From the human T2T-CHM13v2.0 reference genome, Homo sapiens, in assembly GCF_009914755.1 (NCBI RefSeq), contig NC_060925.1: 64,000 bases of DNA; one strand, 5' to 3'. The position numbers were made by a program, and so were the translations under genes. This document shows positions 13,420-29,100 of this stretch, piece after piece. The notes beneath the pieces were generated by a model. The model saw only the letters and a program-made list of their open reading frames with translations. It had not been told where the DNA came from and did not search any database. Within the stretch, counting starts at the first letter, position 1. Every line of letters begins with the position of its first letter.

Positions 13420-14850
13420 TAAAATGGTGCAAGAGACCATTTTCAATTTCATTTTCTGTGTTAATGTTAATTGAAACTATAATACCCTCTTGATCCACGG
13501 CACATATATTCTGATTGTAGGAGAAAAAAAGCCATTTTTAGTTGTGGGTGATACTACACCCCAAATTTGTAAGGTTTTTCTCTCAACTATTAGAGTGCTA
13601 GAATTTTATTAAACCATTTGTTAATTCACTAAAAGCAGCTGCCTCCTGATAAAAGGGGCTGTAGCAAGATAAGTGAATTGTATGAGACCCTTAAAATTGT
13701 TTTATTTCTGTTCACCTAAATTGAGTGCAATAATCAGAAGCAAAATGTGTGGGATACCATAACGATAAAAATATGTTAATTAATTACTTAGAGATATTAC
13801 TGACAGAAGCATTGCAGAAGTTGAAAGCAAATCAAGGATATGTGATTCTTGTTAATTAACAACAACCATTTTCCCCTACGACATGAGAATGATCCCATAA
13901 GATAAAGAGTCAAGCAAAAGACTTGCTGAATTTTAGGGGGTATGAAGATTTCAGATCTGTTAACACGTCACTGAACACAATTTCATCAGCTTAGTAAAGT
14001 TAAGTCGATATTTTTGAGGTCTCCTCAGTCCTTGGTGTCCTGGGATAGCAAGTAAATGAATAAACCACACAGAAACTCTGCAGTGCATTAAAGTGGTCAC
14101 ATATAGTCTGCCTCCCCATACTATTTCTAAGGTTTCCACTATCTACTATTCCCCATAACTTCACTGCAGTTTCTAAGGCTTGTTTTGTTTTTCCCTCCTA
14201 GTTCAAATTTTTAGTACTGAACAGAATTTGTTGGAGTAATAGTTAAGGATATATCTTCTTCCAGAGAAAAGGTGGTTTATGTGATACTTAGAATTCCACT
14301 GCTGGGAAGATTTGTAATCTTGTCCTAGAAGAAATATCTGAAACATGTAGTGTGTTTGCATGTTTTGCACCTACAGGTATGTGTGAGCATATGCATCAAG
14401 GGAGGGATGGCTGCGTGGCAGGAGTTGACACACTGGGAGAGTGGGCTGCCAACGTGTTTTGAGTACTGATGGCTACTGTAAATTGCTGACTTGATGCATT
14501 AATAACACACAGTTCATGATCAGCACCTTAGCTCATGTAGCTGATGAGTTATCTACATTCAGGTGCTTTTACATTTTTCAAGGGCTTAGAAAACCAAGAT
14601 CTACTCATCAGATGAAAAACAATTAATTTCTGAGGGAAAAAAAAAGAAGTGCTCCAACACCTAGGATCCTCATATCTGATTCTCCCATGAAGGCTTTCCA
14701 CAAATTCTATATATTACCTTTAATCTACTAGACAGAATTTCTGCAGTGCCATATGCAAGTCCTAAGAGCCATCCAGGCGACCTGCTTGAACCATACTATA
14801 TATCAGCTAGGGGGCCTTCTCTTAGTCTCCCTTCCACTTAATATGTTATG
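13420..14850 (-). mobile_element. degenerate ERVL/MaLR internal (pol/integrase-region) remnant
   Basis: tgacagaagcattgcagaag..aaagcaaatc..gatatgtg and ccactgctgggaagattt resemble reverse ERVL/MLT internal sequence; no ORF left. Confidence 0.45.
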
Positions 14851-15044
14851 CTTCTCTAAGCAGTAAGAGCGAAAGAACAAATTTTCTTCTCATTTTGGAG
14901 GAGATAGTAAAAATGTTTCAAACCACTAGAATTTGAATGCAGTCCATATAGGAAGTGTAGAACTTGAGTTCTTAAGCATTACTATTATCATTTCTATTAC
15001 CTTCTATGTAAGAAATTCTAAAAGTTAATTATAGAAATTCCTCT

Positions 15045-15104
15045 TGAACATATGAGATACTTGCTATCAGCAATCTGAACATACGAGATACTTGCTATCA
15101 GCAA
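15045..15104. repeat. tandem duplication, period 31 bp, 2 copies
   Basis: tgaacatatgagatacttgctatcagcaa (15045-15073) vs tgaacatacgagatacttgctatcagcaa (15076-15104), one mismatch. Confidence 0.95.
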
Positions 15105-15496
15105 GGGTACATGAACATGTTATTTATCCTTCAAGAGAAAAAACTGTCAGCATTACATTTGTTATGATAATTTCTCCTTATTATTGAGAGCAGGAGAATA
15201 TTATATTACTTAGACTTTCTTTTAAATATTTTCAATTGGGTAATCTGCACTCAAGGGGTACTACTTACATTTTTCTTCACCTTCAAGTAAGCAAATGTGT
15301 TTAAGTATGTTAAAGTTAAGTTGGTATTTATATTCTTATTTATAAAGGTAAAGGTTTATTGCACTTCTGTGCTTCTTGCCTTATTGGAGTTTATTATTTC
15401 TCGAGACCTATAATCCCAAACTATATAATTTAAAAATAAACTTGGGTTTATTATTTTATTTTTCTATATTGTATACACCAAATGCCGGGGAAATAA

Positions 15497-15829
<333 letters not shown>

Positions 15830-16412
15830 ACAAATGCTCATTTCTAATCAATTAAAAATTAATAGAATAGCAAAAATTATTAAGATTGCTTGGAATTCTA
15901 TCACCCAGTATTATACATATTATATAAGTGTTTAACATATATAAATGCTTGTGTGTTTGTGTGTATATATATAGAGAATATACATGTGTGTATATGTGTG
16001 TATAAGTATGCAGACATAAATAAACTCACTTAAAATTAGTTATGTACTAATGTATAATAAGAGTTTTTATACCAATATGTATATATAAAGGAGTGATGCC
16101 TAAAATATTAATAAAGGAAATAAAAATAATTTTTAAAATTCATAAAACAACAGCAACAACAAAATAAACATTTTTTTCATGTCCCAAGTTCTGAGTTCTC
16201 TACAAATAAAAATTACTTTAAGATTTAATACTATACTGTGAGATAAATACTCATAAAATAACAATAGATCAGAATAAAATAAATAATTTGAGAGAATATA
16301 TTACAAACAAAAATATTTGAATTAAAATACAAATAAATCTAACTAAACAATACATAAATCAGAAGATAGGCTAAAATAAAATAAAGAGAGGGAAAACATT
16401 CGGAATGGATAA

Positions 16413-16835
16413 TGTTAGTATACTTAGTCATATATCACTTAAGCACTAAATAAGGGGTCCTTATGATGAAAGGATATAATTTAAGGAAAAAATTTAAATT
16501 GTCAGAAACTACTGTTCTGAATTAAGAAAATAATAAATTTAAGAGGGTAGAATTACACTGAAGAACGAATTGGCAGAGTTTCACAGGTGCAAACAGATTG
16601 ATACCATCTGTAGAAGAGTGGTTACTCTGGTGAGAATTTCAATGACTAAGTGACACTTAGAGATGTGTTTTCTGGAGTAAGTCTGTTCCTGATTGGCAAG
16701 CTTCCAGCAGTGACAGCCTATCACTGGCTGCTTGCAAGACTGAGTTCACTAAGGTGAATTGGTCAATTGAACAGGTTTAAATCTGGTTCTAATGACTACT
16801 TGTTTATATTGCTCCAGACCAGTGAGTCTTTTTCA
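16413..16835 (-). mobile_element. putative 3' LTR of an ancient ERV1-class provirus
   Basis: Colinear similarity to 20087-21050; reverse polypurine tract ccccttttt at 16846-16854; left boundary uncertain (16413-16500). Confidence 0.55.
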
Positions 16836-17216
16836 ATGTTTGTGACCCCTTTTTGTATTCATTCGTCAACCAAATCAGAAAGAACAACAAAATTTGTCCC
16901 AATCTTCATTCCCATAATTCATTTATATTGAAAATGAAGTTTCATCTGTGGAGATTTCATTTTCACCTTGCATATTGATAAATATGAATTTATTGTATTT
17001 TACTATTTAGATTACCATTTGAATCACTTATGGGGACCATGACTGTGCTAAAGCATTCCTGACTCTGAGCAACAGATAACTAATGAGTTTGGGACTACTA
17101 GATTATTGAGTTAGGTTGGTGATTACCTAGAGCAATTAAAGCTTAGATGTAAGCAAGTGATGTTAATACCAAGAGGAGCATGATACATTAACTCAGAGTA
17201 TCTAACTTTAAATTAG

Positions 17217-18505
<1,289 letters not shown>

Positions 18506-20098
18506 GAAAATATACAAACAAAAATATATAAAGGAGAGTTAAATATATAGGATAACTTGTTCTAATGGTTTTGGCAAGATGTCTGTTTTATGTGGCCCTC
18601 TGACTATTCTGGGGACCTTAGGCTAGCAATCAACCTCATGAATCCTTTACTTCTGTAGGTTCTCCAGAAAACATCCATTTAGGTTCTTTAACGGGAGTGA
18701 TGTCCGGGTTCTGTTAGGATCCCTTAGATTTTCAGAGGATTTTAAATGATAAGACAAAAAGGATTTTGAGTAAAGGACAAGGTCTGACATAAGTCAAAAT
18801 TATGAAAAGCAATGCTAGTTAAATATATAACATAACATTGGATTGAAAAGTAAAAATGTTTTAGGTAGAAAGAACACAATCCAACACTATTTTCCTGCCA
18901 CCCTAGAAAAGAAATTTCTCCATCAGTGTTTAATACTGGTGTTAGGTTGCACCTAATGCCATAGTTATTTCATGTTCAGTTGAGATTTGGTGCTATTAGG
19001 TGGAAATTCTGATTTTGCCCAGTCTTATCCTCATGGATTTTACAACTTGAAAATTCCTAATGTAATTTTAAAAGAATTCAACAGGCCAGATTTTATGTAT
19101 CTATAATGGAATCTTTAAGTATCTGATTGAATTTCCTATCATTTCTTAATCTTATTTTATAAGAGATCCTTTATAAAGACTTTGCACAGAGCAGCATATT
19201 TAGCATGAGCCAAAATTATTTATGACATTTCTACAGTAGTTTTTATAATATTGTAGAGTAGCTTCTGAACTTTTACCTTGGGGAAGACTTATTATATAAA
19301 TCAGGGTATTTAGGATAGCATGAAAATATTAGGTGATTCAGAATTGCTTTTATTCTTAAAATTAAACAAACTGTGCTTTTATAGCATTTAGAATGAGTGC
19401 CATATTTTAAAAGCTGACATTGATGAACACAAATTTTATATATATTCCCAATACGTATAACTATATACATTTATTTTGTATATATTTTTCACATGTTTCT
19501 TTTAGTAATTTGATGTTTCCTACAAAGGGCCATAGTCCAGTCATTTGAACAATAAGGATTCTGATAAAGAATTGGATTTTTAGAAGAGACTGAACTACTT
19601 ACTGAATTTAAAGCCTGGTATTTTATTTTAAAATTATGATGATTTCTAACATAAACTTCACTAACAAACGATATTAAGTCAAAATGTGTCATTAGAATTT
19701 TCTAGACAATCCAGAACCAAACAAAATGCAACTTTGTACAAGTAGACAACAAAAGCAAAACTAAAGAAAATAAGCAGCTTAATAAGAAAAAGTATCTAAT
19801 GACCTTACTTAACTAACACTAATACTCAATTTAAAAAATCTCTAGGTCTTATTGCCTTATACAAAACCCCATGAATAATGATTCTTACAAAAAAGACCTG
19901 TTTGGTTACAAAATCTCAAACAGAACAAACCCAGCAATCAGAGTCAATCAAACAAATCTAAGCTTAGATTGCAGTTTAGACTGATTCACCTGGGAACCTA
20001 TCTAAAGGACAAAAGAAATCTGGGCACAAGGGATTTATTGTGAACATTTGTTGGTCCAAGGATTTCCTGCAATTCTGCCAAATGAGTGTTATAAATGA

Positions 20099-20411
<313 letters not shown>

Positions 20412-20560
20412 TAAATGAATCTTTAGTGTAACCTCCATAATTCTCATTAAATGATATAAAATCTAACAAGACATTTGACTTTATCTCTTGTAATAATATG
20501 GAAGATCTAAGCTTGTCAGACAAAGTTTCTTCAGGCAGAACAGATTGTTGATCTTATAAG

Positions 20561-20774
20561 CTGAGATGTCCAATCTGAGCGCCATAGCAATTAACCAATG
20601 TACTTAAAATAATTTAAATAAAAATGAAAATTAAATACATTTAAAATTTAGTTTTGTGACCACACTAGTCACATGTCAAATGATTAATACCCACACATGG
20701 CTGGCAGCTAACACATTGAATGTTAAAATACACTTATTTTCCACTATTGTGAAAAGTTCTCTTGAATAGCATTG
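20561..20774 (-). mobile_element. MER3 hAT-Charlie DNA transposon (MITE)
   Basis: ctgagatgtccaat..cacactagtcacatgtcaaatg..cacacatggctggcagcta..aaagttctcttgaatagcattg. Confidence 0.75.
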
Positions 20775-21639
20775 TTATATAGGATTTTTCGAAGACTATC
20801 AGAGATGTAAGTGGATTGATATTATCTACAGAAGTAAGGTTACTTGAAGGTCAGTTTTACTGAAGCATTGTCACTCAAAAATGTTCTTATTAGAGTGATT
20901 CTATCCTTGATTGGCTGATTTTTTATACGTGGGAAGGACTGGAAGGAGGAAATATGAGCCTAACACTGTCTGTGCTCATGGAGGTGAATTGTTGATAGAT
21001 CAAAACTGGTTCTGCTGATTCTTTTCTACAATAAGTCAGCAGAATATTTAAAAATCTATAAAAATCACTTAAAGAAAACATAAATGAAATTACTATACAA
21101 TATAAGCAGTTTTTCAATGCATAATGTGATTTATTAAGGGACATTGGAAGAGAATAAAAATATACCTCTATTTCACAGTATGTACAAATATAAAATCCAT
21201 AAGCATCTAAGCTACCAAATTAAGGTAAAATGCCTTAAAAGCATATTTAGAATGTCAGATAAACAATTTCAACATGGTAGTATTATTTGATGAAGATAAT
21301 ACAAAAAGGATAAAAAGTAAGTCATATAGCTACTTGTCTATGACTAATTTATAACTTTTTTTCTAGGATTCATCATACTAACAATAGACAAATTTTAGTT
21401 TTATAAAGCAGAAAACTGACAAACCCTCTTTAATTTGTGAAAAAAGGAGGCTGGTGATCAAGTTTTCTTTACACATCTTGATATATCTTTACTTGTAATG
21501 AAAAGCATGTATTTCTTTGTAATTTTAAAAATCAAATGCAATGAGGAACTGACAAATTGCTATGTAGAGATTTTAAAATTCCAAATGAAATTAATAAACC
21601 TAATATTTTGTTGGTTCAGTACAATTTTATCAATTGACT

Positions 21640-22080
21640 GTTTCATTTCAGATGCCTATTTCTTCTTATATGCATAAAGCCAAATAGAGCCTGGTCATGA
21701 GCTAATGAATCCATGTCAAAATGAGGTGAGAGATACAGGAAAGTAATTCAACAACCATGAAACAGCATAGCAACCACTAAATACGGAGACTGTAAAGAAA
21801 TACAGACCTGGGTTAAAAGAAAATCTGAATGAAAACGTAGTGTACTTCGAGGAAGAAGATATTTGGGCATACTGAAAGACAAGTACGACTTGTCCACATA
21901 GAGAAGATGAGAGGCAGCCATTCAGGCCAAAAGACTACAGACAAAAGCATAAAGCACCAAATAGCATGATGCATTCCGGGAATTACCTTTAACATGGCAT
22001 AGCTATTGTTAAAGGTGTATTATTGGAATACAGAAACATAATATTAGAAAGGGAAAGTTTTTGAACCCTGATAAATACAA
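21640..22080 (-). mobile_element. L2 remnant
   Basis: gaggaagaagatatttgggc..ccattcaggccaaaagactacagacaaaagcat pattern. Confidence 0.45.
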
Positions 22081-23254
22081 TGGTGTACATAAAAAATACT
22101 AGTATTTATGAAGAGTATTCTCTTTTCCATAAAGACTGGCTGAATATATCATTGACAGAGTCAAATATTCATTGGAAACCAACCTGATTGGATATCTCAA
22201 TTTTAAAAATCACAGCACCTTTCAAGAAGTACATTACTATAAATCCCAAATAGAACAATAGTTACTAATTTGCCCTTAATTTTGCAAAAGGTAACACATT
22301 TTAAGAAAAACACTTTTAACATAAAGTACCATCAGTATTGCTTTGTAAATAATGGCTCAAAAATTATATCTAATCACCCTTGCTTTGGATTTTTTGGTTG
22401 TTGTTGTTGTTAATGTGTATTAATTAAGCTATAATTTGATTTTCTAAAAACTAATCTTTTGATGAAAATGCCATTAGCAGAGGCTAATGATGAATTCATA
22501 TATGAAGTGAACCATTGCATACCTCATTAAAAATAAATAGTATAGAGTTAAACAAACTGATGGGAAAATTAATGAACATAACATATTGTAAATGTTAAGG
22601 TCTTAGTTTTCAAATAATCACTATTTAAAGTTTATACAATTATGAAATACTTGAAAAAATAAGCCTTCAGTTTCTAAAAGGTATATAAATATATTTTAAA
22701 TAATTTATTTTGAATATTCTTACTGTTATATTTTCTGAAAAAAAACATTTACTCTTTTTTGCTTTCTAGATTTTCTGATTTTCTAGTTTTTTAAAACCTT
22801 AAATGCAGAGGCATAATTTTGAAACAATTTTGATTAAATATAAACAAGTAAAAATTATGACCCTTCATTTATAATTCTAATGTTTGATACAGTGGGCTAC
22901 TCTGTATTTGCAGTTGTCACTTACTCTGTCAATTAATAAATGTTCAATACAAAATGCAAATGATATTTTTTAACAGTGCCAACTTAAAAACACAAAAGTA
23001 AATAAGATGCTTTTTTAAAAGTTTTTAAAAACCTGATTATAGAATTGTATATTTTAGCTATTAAATACCTCCATATACTTATTACCATTCTAATATTTCT
23101 TTGTATCAGTATTATATATTTTAATTGTATTTTATCACTTTCACTATGTGCCCTAACTTCTACTATGCAAAAGAGTCAATAAGGTCTAAAATAGAGGACT
23201 CAAATTTGAATGTAAGGGCAGTAACGACAAGTGAATGAAGCAGATCAAAGTTTC

Positions 23255-23420
23255 CTTATTCATTCATTTGTTAATTAAGTTTGATTATCTAACATTTATT
23301 AAGTGTTTCCTATGTGCCCAGCCCTCTTTAAATTCTTAGGACATATGATTACCAACAACAACCAAAGGTTTTTACCCCCAACTTTTTACATTCCACAGGT
23401 GGAAAAAAGACAACAAAAGA
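23255..23420 (-). mobile_element. L2 3' end
   Basis: attcattcattt..aacatttattaagtgtttcctatgtgcccag. Confidence 0.6.
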
Positions 23421-23537
23421 AATAAATGTAACAAATAATTGAAAGGTTAGAAGGTGAAATTATTCACTTGAGATGCAACAATGTTTTTTATCAAAGATAG
23501 TGCAATAAATGAGAAGTGTTTAGACGAATATAAGGGG

Positions 23538-23720
23538 AAAAATAGCAAGAAGGAGGATATTGAATATTCCCATCTCAAAGAAATAATAAATATTAGAGAT
23601 GATGGATATGCCCATTACCCTGATCTAATCACTATATATTATATGTATCTAAACATCACTAAGTACCACACAAATATGTACAATTTTCATATGTCAATAA
23701 AAAATAAAGCAAAATAAAAT
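23538..23720 (+). mobile_element. L1MA4/5-type 3' UTR fragment
   Basis: gaggatattgaatattccca..gaaataataaat..gatgatggatatgcccattaccctgatct..aatatgtacaatt..gtcaataaaaaataaa. Confidence 0.8.
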
Positions 23721-24328
23721 TAATGCTACTTTTCAACTAATTGATTTCCTGTTAAGTAAAAAGTTGACGTTTAAGGAATTTGTTTTTCTAAAGAAGCTAC
23801 AAAACAGATTATGTTGTTAAATCTCCCATTTAAAATTTTTCAAAAAAAAGTATAAAATTATGAAAATTATTTGTGTCATTTAGTTGAGTCTTTATTTCCA
23901 ATCTGAACATATGTCTTATGTCTTCTTTCCCCACTGCCCCTAAATATGCTTATAGCTATCAAACATATAATAATAATCCAATCAGAATTTACCAGAATGA
24001 AGTAGACAAATGAGAGTTTTAGACTTGATATTTTAGGAGACAGGCTAGTAATGTTGTAGAATCTAAATTATTTACCAAATATTTTTAAAATGCTAATGTA
24101 AAAGATATTTTTGATTGCTAATATTTTAAAATGCTGAATAACCCTACAATATAAGATTTTGAAATTACATATTTATGAACCTCTTTAATTATCAATGTAT
24201 GAACTTAATTTTTTTCATGGCATAAGATTATGTATCTTTATTTTTATTTTAGGAAATACACATTTCCTGCATTTAAAACATTTACTGGAGTCGTTCATTT
24301 TCATCCTCAAAGTCCCCATTATGAGGGG

Positions 24329-24677
24329 TGTATTAGTTTGTTCTCACGCTGCTGATAAGACATACACTAGACTGGGTATTTACAAAGAAAAAGAGGTTTA
24401 ATGGACTCACAGTTCCACATGGCAGTGGAGGCCTCCCAATCATGGCAGAAGGCAAAAGGCACGTCTTACATGGCAGACGAGAGAGAATGAGAGTAAAGTG
24501 AAAGGAGAAACACCTTGTGAAATCATCAGATCTCTTGAGACTTATTCACTACCAGAACAGTATGGGGAAAAACCCACCCCAATGATTCAATTATCTCCAC
24601 CTGCCCCCACCCCTGACATGTGGTAATTATTACAATTCAAGGTGAGATTTGTGTGGGGGCACAGCCAAGCCATATCA
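24329..24677 (-). mobile_element. THE1 (C/D-like) MaLR solo LTR
   Basis: tgtattagtttgttctcacgctgctgataagacatac..ggactcacagttccacatgg..agccaagccatatca; perfect 5-bp TSD agggg at 24324-24328 and 24678-24682. Confidence 0.95.
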
Positions 24678-25539
24678 AGGGGATTACCTATATAAACAAT
24701 TTTTTTTTCCTTTAGGGCATGCTACATTTTAGTAGATATTTATATAATTTTGGAATGTTTTTGCTAAAAGCAATTTAGTGCAACTTTTACTTCGAATTTA
24801 TTTTCTGAAGTTTACCAGAAGCTTTGATAGATTTTTTCATCTTTTCTGCTTAAAATATATTTTAGCATAAGTATAGTAAAAAGAATTAAAAAATTAAAAA
24901 CAATTATCATAAAAAGTAAGAGGAAAAATTTCTCACCAAAAAGGTGAAATACAGTTGGCTGATCATGAAAAATACCCATTACAGTGCATTCAAAATAGTC
25001 CAAGTTACTTTTGTTTTTAAACACCTGGCAAAAAAAAAAAAAAAAAAAAAAAGGAGCAGCTAATTCTCTGGAGATAGACACAGGTTTCCTACAAATTTAC
25101 ACAGGGTATGAAATATTTTCCAAGCCAGTTTGTAGACGACACCACATACCAGGTACCTAGCATTTCTATCAGTTACAGCAAGGATTACAAATGTAGAAGG
25201 TGTGTTCTTGATGCTAAGATGAACTTCCCCAGGAAGTAGAAAAGATGAAGTGAAGCAGCTTATAGATATTGAGAATGTAAATATGTTTGAAATCTAAGTG
25301 ATAGGAATTTTTGAGTTGAAGATCCTGAGGGATTGCTGGGTTTAAAAAGAGCTGCAATTGTTATAGGGTACCTGAAGAGAAAGATACCCAAGAAGAATAT
25401 TTTAATTTCTGGATATTATTTTTAAAAGCCTCTTATAATTCACAGAAACTATTTGCATTGTATTACAAATTCTAGTTTTATAATATTTTTTAGACAAAAT
25501 CACTAATGACCTTTTCCTCATACATCACATAGCCCCTAA

Positions 25540-26250
25540 ACTGATTTATTTCTCAAGTGCATTTCTCAGATGAGTGTATGGATGACATATTCTGTGAATC
25601 TTTTCCTCTTTATAAATCTCTTCATTTTACTTCATCCAGGTACAGGATTATGGGATTACTGCTCTTTTCTCTTAATGGCCTTGCTCTTATATCACCAAGT
25701 TTCAGCAGATAGGTGTCCGATATAAGCCTGACTCTTTTCCTTTGTAGTTTACATTTTGTTTTTGTGTTAAAATAGTTCTTTTTGCATTTTTTTTTTTTTT
25801 TTTTTTACTTTTCCCAAGGAATTCAGTTATCTTACTAGGATACGGCTATGTATGTGTATTTCATAGTCAATCCTCATAAGAATTTAATGAACAGTAGATT
25901 TACCTTTAAATATCAGATTCTCTTTAGCTTAAATAAGTTGTATTATATCTTTAATGCTGTCTTTTTTCCATTCAGAGTCATCAAACTCAGCCCCACAGAT
26001 TTTCTCCCCTGCAGTTGTCCAATACAATGGTCTTATGTCCATCAATTCTATTTTCTCCTTTTGAGCGTTTCTCCAATTTTTCTCCAATTGATTCCCTGGA
26101 TAATTCCGCAGGCCCCTTTGTTTTTCTTAGTAAAGTATTAGCTTCGATGTTTTCCTTTTGTACTTTCAGAGATGCCTTGCACAGAGTGTTTTTCAAAACA
26201 TCAATTAACATGGCAGTGGCCTTCTTCCTTTCCTGAATGCTTTGTAAAAC
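25540..26250 (-). mobile_element. old L1/HAL1 ORF1-region remnant
   Basis: T-rich; ggtacaggattatggg..agcctgactcttttcctttgtag..ttcagttatcttactaggata. Confidence 0.45.
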
Positions 26251-27751
26251 TTACATTAATTTTTGAATATTGTTTTTACCTTGTTTTTGAAATTCCACAG
26301 CACATAGACATGTTTATATGTAAACACACACACATATATACATATTCATATATACATATATGTGTTTCCTAAGAGTATTGTTCTTAGAGTTCCACCTGAT
26401 ATTCACATCTATGGCTGCTGGGCCCCTTCACATGTGCTGTTCCCTATTTCTCTTGGTTAAAGGTTTATTATTCATCACATTACTAGTTCTCTCTTGAAGT
26501 ACAAGGAATACATTTCACTGGTTTCATCTTTCCTGAGCTTTTCACAGCCTCAGAAGTAGAAAAGCTGCAGACACCTCTTCATCTACTCATCCTCTCCTTG
26601 CATGTCAGAGAAATACATTTTCTCAATAGCCAATGTATACTTTTAATTTGACTGATCATTGTGTCTTTTGGATCCAATCTCATTCCAGATTGCACAATCT
26701 ACCTCTGGTGTTTTCTACTTACTAGGAGACGACAACATTGAGCACGGTCTCTCTGTCTGGTTTCTTTTGGAAATTGGGAATGAATCTACTCGAAGCCCAA
26801 ACCTGGCAGCTGCCTGTCTTAGAGTAGACAAGGTGGTTTGGAGTCAGAGTAGAGGAGAGACAATTATTTTAGTCAAGAATATTTGTATTTGTTTTGTAAT
26901 GATCCTTTAACATAATGTCTGCAAAAATAATCCCTTCCCTTACAAGATGTCTGTACATACTTTGCTGTGTTTTGAGGAAAACTAGGAGTAATAAAAGTTG
27001 AGTGTGTGGATATTATAAATGAGAAAGGGATCTATAAATTTTGTTGGAAACATTGAATTATGTGATGTAATTTAGGTTAGAGATGATCATTTTTTAATGA
27101 GAAAAAAGTTTCAATGATTTACACTTACAAGGCTTTTTACCAAGGTTACTGGTTTTTGCCAAGGGGCTACAACTACAACTAACATGTTAGTTGGTAGATG
27201 CGCCAAACTTTGATCCTAGTTCCCAGACCCAAACACGCTGACATCTGTAAATGTTACATCTCTACTGGCAAAAGGTAATCCCAATCCCTCATCATTTCAG
27301 TCTGTAATTACTTTTATTAACCAAGTTTACATGTGGGCATCAATGCATCAAGGCAGAGAACCTCTTCTTTCAGTAGTTACTGCTCTTCTGCTGGAATTCT
27401 AAACTTGATCTTTGAGCATTTTACCTATGCCATTAATACAAGTGCCATAAAAGAGCATAATTTTAATCAGCAATTTGACAAAATCTCCCTTACCAAAAGC
27501 ATACACTCTTAATAACACACTAGTGCTAAAAATTTCATGGGCAAAATAATAATAATAAAAAAATTAAATTAAAAATGAATCTTAGGGGCTAAAAAAGGAG
27601 AAAACCTAAGTTACTGTTTCTCTGACTACATTATATTTCTAAAAATAGAATATTAAAATAGATGTTTAAATTGATGGGGTACAGAATAAAATGTCACAAT
27701 TAAGTTTGTGAAGAAGAATGAATGATAAAATGAAGAACGAGCTAACCTTCC

Positions 27752-28068
<317 letters not shown>

Positions 28069-28559
28069 CAGCTATCCATTTTTATTAGCAATGTGACTAA
28101 TACTAAGGAGTTCAAAACTGTAGGCACAGTGAACAAGACAGGAGTCAATTGCAATAACAAAACAAGCGAAGTAGAAATCATTTTTAAAAACAAGAGACTA
28201 TTTATTATTTATATTAAAAATGTTGGTTGAAGAAACATATGTTTTTCTCCAGTATAAAAAATTAATACAGGTAAGTGCATTGTGTACATGAAAAATATAA
28301 AAAATTCTGTAATGAAGAAATTTTTAAAAAGCCAAAGTATCCAGGTCATTTAAACAAATTCGACTCATCTATGAGTTACTCAGTCTCTATTATTGTGCAA
28401 GGTTCTGGTGTCTTGCACTTTGAAAATATTTCAATCTTAATGTTCATAATCAACCTGATAGTGCCTCATAAAGTACTTATCTTTGCTTTGCATTTTCCTA
28501 AAAAATAGTATGATTTTTGTCAGAAATATTTAGTTGTATTAAATTAATATGACAAACAA

Positions 28560-29100
28560 TCGTATGAAGTCAATTTCAATCTTATTAGTGAACATGTAAA
28601 TGCAAATGAAGATTAAAAGTAAATATTATTTTATATCAATTCAGTGGACAAATTTTAAAATCTTGCAACACCAACTTACATGGAGAAAGTAGATCCACAG
28701 TGTCTACTAAACGTTACCAATAGGAATAAAAACGGTTCAAAATAACTTTGAAACCACTTTGACATTTTCTTATAATATTGTATATACTATACAATGTAAA
28801 GATTTATCTTTTAGGTATAAACTATAGAGAAACTGTTACACATGCCCACCAAGAACTTTTTATAAATATATAACTGACATCACTTTTTAATATCAGCAAA
28901 AACATGAAAAAACCGAAATGTCTATAAAAAGGGAAGTTAGAGAAAGAATGTTAAACATGAAATATTTTACCAAATTCATAATGAATTGCAGCCAAGTAAT
29001 AGATAAATTTTAGGAGTATACTATTAAGAAGAAAAATAAGTCCCCAATAGTACATGTATTAGCAAACCATATTTTAAAAGTTAAAAACTAAAATAAAACT
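28560..29100 (+). mobile_element. old L1ME-like 3' remnant
   Basis: aaatgcaaatgaag..actttgaaaccactttgaca..ggtataaactatagagaaact. Confidence 0.55.

Noticed and set aside
25030-25052. Orphan A23 tract (also T20 at 25787-25806)
   Set aside because: No TSD or retroelement body; probably slippage.
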